A stretch of 53,281 nt of DNA from an uncultured Kiloniellaceae bacterium (GTDB lineage: Bacteria > Actinomycetota > Acidimicrobiia > Spongiisociales > UBA11373). The DNA lies in contig CAXMOL010000148.1 in assembly GCA_964194935.1 (NCBI GenBank), positions 1-53,281 of the forward strand. Direction: 5' to 3'. Below the pieces are notes generated by a model that saw only the letters and a program-made list of their open reading frames with translations, did not search any database and was not told where the DNA came from. The position numbers and the translations under genes are program-made. This document shows, one piece after another, positions 30,149 through 38,039 of the stretch (position 1 is its first letter; each line of letters begins with the position of its first letter).

Positions 30149-31198
30149 TCAGGCGGCTATGGCTACCTGATTGCGCCCGGCCCCTTTGGCGATATAGAGG
30201 GCTTCGTCCGCGGCCCGAACCAGGTCGTCGGCAGTGCCGTCCTCTCGCCACGTGGCCACACCGAAGCTGGCGGTGATCGGACGTTGCTTCCATGGACCTT
30301 CCTCGACTGCCCGTCGTAACCGCTCAGCGAATATCTCCGCTCCCTCAAGTGATGTCGCCGGGACGACGATCCCGAATTCCTCACCACCATGTCGGGCGAC
30401 GGTGTCGCTCGACCTCGAGTTGTCGTTGAGAATGCGCGCTACCTGTTGCAGGGCAATATCGCCGGCTGGATGTCCGAATTCGTCGTTGAAGAGCTTGAAG
30501 TGGTCGACGTCGAGCAGGACGAGAGACGTCGACAAGCCGGATCGAGAGGTGCGGTTGAGTTCGGCTTCGATGGCCTCCAGGAACGCCCGTCGGTTCCGCA
30601 ACCCGGTGAGTGGGTCGGTACGACTCAGATGTGAGATTCGTTTCAACTCGAGTTCGAGGCGGCCCTCGTGTTGACGGCGTTTTTCGATGTCATCTTCCAG
30701 GCCGGCGGCGAGACGACGCAGTTCGAGATGTGCGATCACCAGGCGAGAGAGTGCTTGCAGGGCTTCTTGTTGGCTGGCGGTGAGGTCCCGTGGGATTCGA
30801 TCGATGACACAAAGTGTGCCGATGGCAGCCCCCGTCGACGTCACCAGCGGTGCGCCCGCATAGAACCGGAGGGAAGGATCCGCGAGGAGCAGAGCGTTGT
30901 CGGCGAACCGCTCATCGCTGGTCGCATCGTTGATGAGCATGACATGGCCCGGCTCGATGATGGCGTGGGCACAGAATCCATGGTTGCGGTCCGTCTGCTT
31001 CGTCTCCAGGCCCGTGGCCGACTTGAACCATTGTCGCTCGGCGTCCACCAGGCTGATCAGAGCGATTGGGGTGTCGCATATCTGGGATGCGAGAAAAGTG
31101 ATGTCGTCATAGGCCTGCTCGGATCGCGTGTCGAGGATCCCGAAAGATTCCAGCTCCTCGAGGCGATCCTGCTCGTTGATCGGGACGGGATGGCTCAC
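30149..31198 (-). CDS. GAF-sensor diguanylate cyclase (GGDEF)
   Basis: GAF domain (RQWFKS, FCAHAI, RFYAGAPL, GTLCVID). TDPLTGL.NRR, DVDHFK..ND..GH..GD, I-site RSSD and active site GGEEF. Confidence 0.93.
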   Translation of the reverse strand: MSHPVPINEQDRLEELESFGILDTRSEQAYDDITFLASQICDTPIALISLVDAERQWFKSATGLETKQTDRNHGFCAHAIIEPGHVMLINDATSDERFADNALLLADPSLRFYAGAPLVTSTGAAIGTLCVIDRIPRDLTASQQEALQALSRLVIAHLELRRLAAGLEDDIEKRRQHEGRLELELKRISHLSRTDPLTGLRNRRAFLEAIEAELNRTSRSGLSTSLVLLDVDHFKLFNDEFGHPAGDIALQQVARILNDNSRSSDTVARHGGEEFGIVVPATSLEGAEIFAERLRRAVEEGPWKQRPITASFGVATWREDGTADDLVRAADEALYIAKGAGRNQVAIAA

Positions 31199-31204
31199 CG
31201 TGAT

Positions 31205-31231
31205 ATATCGGCGCCAATGCCGAGTGCATGA
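31205..31231 (-). promoter_or_regulatory. Putative sigma28/WhiG-type promoter TCATGCAC-N11-GCCGATAT
   Basis: The minus strand reads TCATGCACTCGGCATTGGCGCCGATAT-atcacg-GTG (cyclase start). The -10 matches GCCGATAA at 7/8. Confidence 0.6.
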
Positions 31232-31291
31232 GCAGTTGCCCGAGCCAGACGCTGATGCTCCCAGGTCGGGACGGCTCTACGCTCACGGTCG

Positions 31292-32623
31292 ATGTTCGAC
31301 AATCTGACAGAGCGATTCGGAGGCATCTTTTCCCGTCTCCGATCCAAGGGCCGGTTGACGACTGACGATGTGGACGTAGCTCTGCGCGAGGTGCGACTGG
31401 CGCTACTCGAGGCCGATGTGCACGTAAAGGTCACCAAGGAGTTCCTGGATCGAGTTCGAGAGCGTTCCATCGGCTCAGAGGTGGTCGAGAGCCTGACACC
31501 CGGGCAGCAGGTAGTAAAGATCGTTCAGGAAGAGCTGGTGACGACCCTCGGAGCAGAATCAGTTCCGCTTGCCACCGGTTCGCCTCTGGTGGTGGTGATG
31601 GTGGGCCTGCAGGGGTCGGGCAAGACCACGACCAGCGCCAAATTGGCGGCACGGCTCAAGGGGCAGGGAAGCCACCCTCTGCTTGTCGCTGCCGACCTGC
31701 AGCGTCCGGCTGCGATCGATCAGCTGGAAGCCTTAGGTGCCCGCCTCGATATTCCGGTCCATGCCGACCGTTCCGCCAAGGCGCCCAAGCTTGTCAAAGA
31801 AGCACTTCGGCGGGCAGGCGCTGATGGGTTCGATGTTGTCATCATTGATACCGCTGGTCGACTCCAGGTCGATGTCGATCTGATGGCCGAGCTCGCCGCG
31901 GTGAGAAAGGCTGCCGATCCTGACGAGGTTCTGCTGGTCGTTGATGCGATGACCGGACAAGATGCGGTGAACGTTGCTGCGGGATTCCTCGAGCACGCTG
32001 CGCTGACCGGGCTGGTCTTTTCGAAGCTTGACGGAGATGCCAGGGGAGGAGCGGCCATATCAGCCAGAGCGGTGACCGGACTTCCGATCAAATTCGCGGG
32101 AGTTGGTGAGGGCACCGGAGACCTCGAGGTGTTCCATCCGGAGCGGATGGCATCGCGGATCCTGGGGATGGGTGATGTGATGACGCTCATCGAAAAGGCA
32201 GAGGAGAACTGGGATGAGGAGCAGGCAAATGACGCCGCCGAGAAGCTAAGAACGGCTTCATTCACCTTCGAAGACTTCCTCGAGCAGTTTCAGCAGATGC
32301 GGCGGATGGGGGATGTCGGCCAACTGGTTGGTATGCTTCCCGGCGCATCGGCCCTCAAACAGGCCAATGTGTCTGACGCCGACCTTGCCAGGGTCGAAGC
32401 GATCATCCGATCGATGACACCGGCAGAGCGACGCGACCCGAAGACGATCGACGGCAGCCGTCGACGGCGGATCGCATCAGGTTCAGGAACTACGGCGCAG
32501 GATGTGAATGGACTGCTCAGGCAGTTCGCTGAGACCAAGAAATTGATGAAGGCCTTCGCCGAGGGTCACAGCCCCATCCCGGGGCTGGAGATGCCGGGGC
32601 GAAGACGAAAAAGGAAGAGGTGA
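31292..32623 (+). CDS. ffh: Signal recognition particle protein
   Basis: MFDNL, GLQGSGKTT, DTAGRL, KLDGDARGGAA, RMASRILGMGD and an M domain. Confidence 0.97.
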   Translation: MFDNLTERFGGIFSRLRSKGRLTTDDVDVALREVRLALLEADVHVKVTKEFLDRVRERSIGSEVVESLTPGQQVVKIVQEELVTTLGAESVPLATGSPLVVVMVGLQGSGKTTTSAKLAARLKGQGSHPLLVAADLQRPAAIDQLEALGARLDIPVHADRSAKAPKLVKEALRRAGADGFDVVIIDTAGRLQVDVDLMAELAAVRKAADPDEVLLVVDAMTGQDAVNVAAGFLEHAALTGLVFSKLDGDARGGAAISARAVTGLPIKFAGVGEGTGDLEVFHPERMASRILGMGDVMTLIEKAEENWDEEQANDAAEKLRTASFTFEDFLEQFQQMRRMGDVGQLVGMLPGASALKQANVSDADLARVEAIIRSMTPAERRDPKTIDGSRRRRIASGSGTTAQDVNGLLRQFAETKKLMKAFAEGHSPIPGLEMPGRRRKRKR

Positions 32624-32626
32624 CCG

Positions 32627-33238
32627 ATGGCGGTCAAGATTCGCCTGACACGCAAGGGCAAGAAGAAGCAGCCCACCTACCGGGTGGTGGTTGCTGATGA
32701 ACGCAGCCCTCGCGACGGTCGATACATCGAACAAATCGGCCGGTACGACCCGCGCCAGGAGCCCTCGGTCGTCGAGATCGAAAACGAGCGAGCTGAGTAT
32801 TGGCTCTCGGTCGGCGCCCAGCCGTCAGATGCAGTCCGCAAGTTGCTTGAGATCTCAGGTGCCCTGGAGGCCCGACCGGTAAAGGTGAAGGATCCGAAGG
32901 TTCACGTAGTCGATGAGGTCGCTCAGGCCGTCGACGCCGAAGAAGACGAAGCCGTGATCGAAGCCGCCGTGGTCGAGGATGTCGTCGAGGTTGAAGATGC
33001 CGTGGAAGTCGCAGCAGAAGTCGCAGCAGAAGTCGCAGCAGATGTCGAGGTGGCCGATACTGACTCCTCTGAAGTCTCTGTAGAAGAGGCCGCTGTGGAT
33101 GCCGAACCTGACGACGGTGAGTCGGTTGTCGACTCGGCCGAGGAGGCAGTCGCTGCAGTTGCCGATGTGATCCAGGATGTCGTCGAGGAGATCTCCGGCG
33201 ACGATGAAGAGCCAGCAGCCGAGGAGGAGTCCTCATGA
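32627..33238 (+). CDS. rpsP: 30S ribosomal protein S16 with long acidic C-terminal tail
   Basis: [34 protein letters not shown], followed by a >100-aa E/D/A/V tail. Confidence 0.96.
   Translation: MAVKIRLTRKGKKKQPTYRVVVADERSPRDGRYIEQIGRYDPRQEPSVVEIENERAEYWLSVGAQPSDAVRKLLEISGALEARPVKVKDPKVHVVDEVAQAVDAEEDEAVIEAAVVEDVVEVEDAVEVAAEVAAEVAADVEVADTDSSEVSVEEAAVDAEPDDGESVVDSAEEAVAAVADVIQDVVEEISGDDEEPAAEEESS
33005..33040 (+). repeat. 12-bp tandem repeat GAAGTCGCAGCA x3 (EVAA) in the rpsP tail
   Basis: Exact copies at 33005, 33017 and 33029. Confidence 0.9.
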
Positions 33239-33483
33239 AGGGCGAAATCGTCAATCGAGTAGTCGAGTACATCTCCAAGGAGATCGTCGAGAACGCCGAT
33301 GAAGTGGAAGTCACGATCGTCGAGGAAGGCCCCGACGAGGTGACTGCCGAGGTGCGGGCAGCCAAGAGCGACATGGGTCGGGTCATTGGCCGGCGCGGTC
33401 GGGTAGCTAAGGCGATTCGAGTCGTGGCTCAGGCCGCTGCCGACGAAGAAGGCTTGCAGGCTGAGGTTGAGTTCATCGACTGA
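33235..33483 (+). CDS. khpA: KH-domain RNA-binding protein
   Basis: [17 protein letters not shown] motif. Located between rpsP and rimM. Confidence 0.92.
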   Translation: MKGEIVNRVVEYISKEIVENADEVEVTIVEEGPDEVTAEVRAAKSDMGRVIGRRGRVAKAIRVVAQAAADEEGLQAEVEFID

Positions 33484-33976
33484 CCGGATCGTTGTAGGAC
33501 GGATCGGCAAACCCCACGGGCTCAATGGGGAAGTCACTGTGCTTCCCGATACCGATGACCTTGGGCGTTTTGTCGTCGGGTCGACCTTTGAAACTGACAC
33601 CGGCCGCTCACTCGTGGTCGTATCCGCCAAACCGTTTCGGGACAAGGGTTTGCTCATTCTCTTTGAGGGGTTTGCTCGCCGCGATGCGGCCGAAACGCTG
33701 CGAGGCCAACTGCTGACTGTGGATTCTGCAACCCGACGACAACTTGCCGATGACGAGTTCTGGCCGGCCGATCTGGTCGGGCTCGCCGCAGTTACACCGC
33801 AAGGGGCGACGCTGGGGATCGTCGATCGCCTCGAGTTCGGACCTGGCCAGGATCGGCTGGTGGTCGTCACTCCCGACGAAAGAGAAGTTCTTGTGCCGTT
33901 CGTGTCCGACATCGTGGCGGATCCTGCGGACGGACAGATCGTCGTCGACGCCCCCGAGGGGCTTTTTGGTGACTGA
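33467..33976 (+). CDS. rimM: Ribosome maturation factor RimM
   Basis: VGRIGKPHGLNGEV, DEFW..DLVG and EVLVPFV..APEGL. Confidence 0.94.
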   Translation: MSSSTDRIVVGRIGKPHGLNGEVTVLPDTDDLGRFVVGSTFETDTGRSLVVVSAKPFRDKGLLILFEGFARRDAAETLRGQLLTVDSATRRQLADDEFWPADLVGLAAVTPQGATLGIVDRLEFGPGQDRLVVVTPDEREVLVPFVSDIVADPADGQIVVDAPEGLFGD

Positions 33977-35084
33977 GGATCGCAGCGCCAGTTTCGTCGA
34001 ATTGTTCTTCGACCTCGTATTCGTCTTTGGCGTCACCCAGGTCGTGTCGTCGATCCACGGTCATCTCGACTGGGCGACGCTGTGGCGCGCCGCGGTCGTC
34101 CTCACGCTGCTGTGGTGGGCGTGGTCGCAGTACACCTGGCTTGCCGGCCATACCGATTTCGACGACTTCGGTCCCCGGATCGTCATCCTGTTCGCTACTG
34201 CCGGAGCGTTTCTCACCGCGGTGGCTGTAAGGGGGGCCTGGGGGAGCGACGGGCCTTTCTTTGGCGCCGGCTACTTCGGGGTGATGGCTCTCGGGGGAGT
34301 GTTCTACTGGGTGCGGGTACGGGGCACGGAGCGCATGCAGGGAGTGCTGATATACGTGCCGCAGATGTTGGCCGGAGCAACCCTTGTCCTCGCCGGCGGG
34401 TTTGTCGAAGGGGACGCACGGAGCTGGTTCTGGATCGGCGGGGTTGTCGCCAACCTCGTGGCTGCGCTCGCCGCCGGCCGGTTCGAGTTCGAGATCAGCG
34501 CCGCCCACTTCGCAGAACGTCACGCCCTGTTCGTCATCATTGTGTTGGGAGAGGCTTTGATCGCTATTGGCGTCGGAACTGTCGGACACGACGGCACTGC
34601 CGAGTTCTATCTGGCTGGGACGGCAATGCTGGGCATCGTGCTCGGATTGTGGTGGTCCTACTTCGATTGGCTGTCTCAAGTGGGGGAGCAGGAACTAAAG
34701 ACCGCAACCGGACTCCAAAAGGGCAGGCTGGCGAGAGACGCCTACACGATGTCCCACCTCCCCCTGATAGCCGGCGTCATCTTGTTCGCGGTGGGAACCG
34801 AGGAGCTTCTGGTCCATCCAGAACGTGCCCTCGACGAGGCGGCGCGCTGGGCCTTTCTGGGTGGCCTCATGCTCTTCTTCGGTGCCCAGATCCTGATGGC
34901 TTGGCGATTGGTCGGCCAGATGGCATGGGAGCGGATCGGTCTGATAGTCGGCTTGGCCGCAATCGGGTGGGCCCTCGGTTCGGCGGCCGGTGTAGTGATG
35001 GTGGGATTGGTTGCCACCCTCGTACTGGCAGTGCTTGGCGCCGAGTCAGTTCGATTCCGGGAGGAGCTGCGGAGCTTTCACTAG
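33969..35084 (+). CDS. ltrA: Low temperature requirement protein A family membrane protein
   Basis: ELFFDLVFV, WWAW, HFAERH.LF.IIVLGE, LWWSYF and HLPL. Start moved to GTG 33969. Confidence 0.88.
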   Translation: MTEDRSASFVELFFDLVFVFGVTQVVSSIHGHLDWATLWRAAVVLTLLWWAWSQYTWLAGHTDFDDFGPRIVILFATAGAFLTAVAVRGAWGSDGPFFGAGYFGVMALGGVFYWVRVRGTERMQGVLIYVPQMLAGATLVLAGGFVEGDARSWFWIGGVVANLVAALAAGRFEFEISAAHFAERHALFVIIVLGEALIAIGVGTVGHDGTAEFYLAGTAMLGIVLGLWWSYFDWLSQVGEQELKTATGLQKGRLARDAYTMSHLPLIAGVILFAVGTEELLVHPERALDEAARWAFLGGLMLFFGAQILMAWRLVGQMAWERIGLIVGLAAIGWALGSAAGVVMVGLVATLVLAVLGAESVRFREELRSFH

Positions 35085-35875
35085 GCCGCGCCCTTGGGTA
35101 TCAATGCCAGCTGACGAGATTGGGCGACGAGTCGACCCGACTCGTCCCACAGTTCACCGTCTTCTTCGAGGAATCCTCCTGTTATGAAACGCGTCGTAAA
35201 GGCGCAGCGGAGCCATCCCGGGAGGGGCCGAGCGCGGATGTGGGCAGTGAGTTCGATAGTGGGGGTCCAGGAGATCGGCAGATTGGCGTTGAAGATCGTG
35301 GGTGGAAACGCATCAACGGCCACCAGGAGAGCCATCGTGTCGAGGGGCTCGTCGTCGCGCAGCCGGAACCATCCCTGAATGTGCGGCCGGCCGCTCGGGT
35401 TTCCTCCTGCAAACAGCGAGTCGGCTGGGTCAAGCCTGATTTCGACCCGCCCCATAAACGGCGGGGGAAAGGTCTCGGTGGGTTCTATAGGCGTGCATTC
35501 CTCCGGAGGGGGCAGGTCTGGAGGACCTGACTCCAGCCGCTCGACGCTCTCGGACGGTTCCAACGTCCCGTAGGTTCCGAGCACGGCGACGAGGGTCTTG
35601 TCGGCCGCCATCGTCGAACGGGCGACGGAGAACCGTCGCCCGGATCGCAACAGGTCCGTCTCGATGGACACCGGTCCGGGCTTGCCCGGCCGGAGGTAGT
35701 GAGCCGTAACAGAGACGGGATCCGGTCGATCGGCTGCGTGGGCAGCAGCTCGGGCAGCAATGGAGAGCAGATATCCACCATTGGCTCTGCCCATGATGTC
35801 CCAACCCGGCTGAATTTCGCCGGAGTAACTGCCACCACCGGTCTCGGCGACAGCGGTGGCTTCGGCCAGGTTCAC
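35081..35875 (-). CDS. TesB-like double hotdog acyl-CoA thioesterase family protein
   Basis: 'W..MGRANGGYL', 'VTAHYLRP', 'DAFPP..WTPTIELT' and 'EEDGELWD..G.LVAQSRQLA'. GTGA overlap with the gap stop. Confidence 0.85.
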   Translation of the reverse strand: MNLAEATAVAETGGGSYSGEIQPGWDIMGRANGGYLLSIAARAAAHAADRPDPVSVTAHYLRPGKPGPVSIETDLLRSGRRFSVARSTMAADKTLVAVLGTYGTLEPSESVERLESGPPDLPPPEECTPIEPTETFPPPFMGRVEIRLDPADSLFAGGNPSGRPHIQGWFRLRDDEPLDTMALLVAVDAFPPTIFNANLPISWTPTIELTAHIRARPLPGWLRCAFTTRFITGGFLEEDGELWDESGRLVAQSRQLALIPKGAA

Positions 35876-36885
35876 GTGGTTGGCTGGAGTTGGCCGAGGC
35901 GCTCGATGAGGTCGACCACCCGATTCGAGTAACCCCACTCGTTGTCGTACCAGGAGAGCACCTTTACGGTGTTCCCGGCGAGGACCTGGGTCGACGGGGC
36001 GTCGAAGATGCTCGAGTGCGGATTGCCGATGATGTCGGTCGACACCAGTGGAGCTTCGCTGTATTGGACGATCCCTTTCATCGGGCCCTCTGCAGCCGTC
36101 CGCACCGCTGCGTTTACCTCGGCGACCGTGACATCGCGGTCCAATTCGACTACTAGATCCACGGTGGATCCGTCAGGGACCGGTACTCGCATGGCAATGC
36201 CATCGAGTTTCCCGTCCAACTGGGGCAGAACCTTGCCAACAGCCTTTGCTGCTCCCGTTGTGGTCGGGATGATGTTCTCGGTCGCTGCCCGGCTCCTGCG
36301 GAAGTCCTTGTGGGGGACATCGGCCAGCCGTTGGTCGTTGGTGTATGCGTGGACCGTGGTCATCACGCCGCGTTTGATTCCGAACGAGTCGTCGAGAACC
36401 TTTGCTATCGGAGCGAGACAATTGGTGGTGCATGAGGCGTTCGACACGACGTGGACATCTGAATTGAGGTCCTGTTCATTTACGCCGAGCACGATCGTCG
36501 CATCAAGCTCGTCCTTGGCAGGAACGGTGAGGATCACCCGTTTTGCGCCGGCCTCGACATGCTTCATGACGGCATCTCGCGTCCGGAACACGCCGGTTGC
36601 CTCGATAACGACATCTACGCCCATTTCAGCCCACGGCAGGTCGCCGGGATCGCGCTCGGTGAGCAGCTTCGCCCTATGCCCACCGGCCTCGATATACCCG
36701 TCGGTGAGGGTGACCTCGCCGGGGAACTCGCCCATGACGGTGTCGTACTTGAGGAGGTAGCCAGTCATCTCGTCGTCGGCGAGATCGTTGATGGCAACGA
36801 TCTCGATTCCGGCCTCCGGCCGCTGTGCGACGACTCGAAAGACGCTTCGGCCGATCCGGCCGAACCCATTGATGGCGATCTTCAT
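35872..36885 (-). CDS. gap: Type I glyceraldehyde-3-phosphate dehydrogenase (canonical)
   Basis: INGFGRIG, catalytic SNASCTTNCLAP, TTVHAYT, TTTGAAK, MRVPV and WYDNEWGY. Start moved to ATG 36885. Confidence 0.97.
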   Translation of the reverse strand: MKIAINGFGRIGRSVFRVVAQRPEAGIEIVAINDLADDEMTGYLLKYDTVMGEFPGEVTLTDGYIEAGGHRAKLLTERDPGDLPWAEMGVDVVIEATGVFRTRDAVMKHVEAGAKRVILTVPAKDELDATIVLGVNEQDLNSDVHVVSNASCTTNCLAPIAKVLDDSFGIKRGVMTTVHAYTNDQRLADVPHKDFRRSRAATENIIPTTTGAAKAVGKVLPQLDGKLDGIAMRVPVPDGSTVDLVVELDRDVTVAEVNAAVRTAAEGPMKGIVQYSEAPLVSTDIIGNPHSSIFDAPSTQVLAGNTVKVLSWYDNEWGYSNRVVDLIERLGQLQPTT

Positions 36886-37907
36886 GATGAGGCTCCCTGA
36901 CTTGCGAACGACGCCATGCGCTCGATGGCGTCCACGACCCTGGCGGCGTAGCCCCAGCCGTTGTCGAACCACACGATTCCCTTGATCATCGTCTCGTCGA
37001 TGACCAACGCGGCTAGCCCATCCCACAGGGCGCTGTTGGGACTCCCGATGACGTCGCTGGAGACGATCGGGTCCTCCGTGTAGCCAATGACCTGGTTGCC
37101 TTCGGCTGCGGCGCGCATCGCGTCGTTTAGTCCCTCGATCGTGGTCGGGGTGTTGACGAAGGCGACCAGATCGATGTTCGACCCGTCGGCGACGGGAACG
37201 TTTAGCGCCATGCCTGCCAGCTTGCCGGCAAATTGGGGGAGAACCTTTTCAACGATCTCTGGCGAATTGGTGCCGGTCGGGATTATGTTTTCGGCCGCGG
37301 CCCGCGACATACGAAGGTTGTCGCCGGGTACGTCGGCCAGGCGCTGCTCGTTGGTAAATGCGTGGACGACGGTGAACATCGCGCGGTCGAGGCCAAAGTG
37401 CTCATCGAGCACCTTGAGAATCGGTGCCAGCGCATTGGAAGTGTTCGAGCCAAGAGCGATGACATCGTCGTCGGGTCCGAGCACCTCATCGTTGACACCG
37501 ACGATCAGGGTGTCCATCTCGTTCCAATCCTCGGGTGTAGAAGCCAGCACGACCTTTGACGCCCCGGCGTCCAGGTGTCGGCGGCACTCGGCGAGTGTTC
37601 GATGGCGACGGGTGGCCTGAACGACGATGTCGACCTTGTGGGCACTCCAGTCGACCTCGCCCGGTTCTGCTCCGTCGAGAATTGGAATCTTGCGGCTGTC
37701 AACGACGAGGTCTGATCCGTCGAGATCGACGTCCCCGGGGTATCGCCCAAAAATAGTGTCGAACTCCAACAGATAGACGAGTGCAGCCGGGTCGGCGATG
37801 TCGGCGATTGCCGCCACCTCGATTCCCGGTTTCTGCTCGAGTTGGCGAAATACGTTGCGTCCGATGCGGCCGAAGCCCATCAATCCGACGCGAATCGGGT
37901 CGGTCAT
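36882..37907 (-). CDS. GAPDH paralogue lacking the catalytic Cys (probable pseudoenzyme)
   Basis: Full-length GAPDH fold (GFGRIG, VHAFTNEQRLADVP, RAAAENIIPT, WFDNGWGY), but the active site reads GSNTSNALAP. Confidence 0.88.
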   Translation of the reverse strand: MTDPIRVGLMGFGRIGRNVFRQLEQKPGIEVAAIADIADPAALVYLLEFDTIFGRYPGDVDLDGSDLVVDSRKIPILDGAEPGEVDWSAHKVDIVVQATRRHRTLAECRRHLDAGASKVVLASTPEDWNEMDTLIVGVNDEVLGPDDDVIALGSNTSNALAPILKVLDEHFGLDRAMFTVVHAFTNEQRLADVPGDNLRMSRAAAENIIPTGTNSPEIVEKVLPQFAGKLAGMALNVPVADGSNIDLVAFVNTPTTIEGLNDAMRAAAEGNQVIGYTEDPIVSSDVIGSPNSALWDGLAALVIDETMIKGIVWFDNGWGYAARVVDAIERMASFASQGASS

Positions 37908-38039
37908 CAGGTCCCTTCTTCAGTGAGCTCAGCGTACCGCTCCACGGTTCACAGTCGGCCGCGAGATCGTCGCTGTCGCTTAGTCGATGGCGGGGGTCGA
38001 TCACGAGCGGCCGATTCAGGTGATTGATGATTCGTAGGT

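Noticed and set aside
36882-37907. Second gap as a pseudogene, selenoprotein or Epd
   Set aside because: The frame is intact and full-length, the active-site codon is AAC rather than TGA, and Epd-type enzymes retain the Cys.
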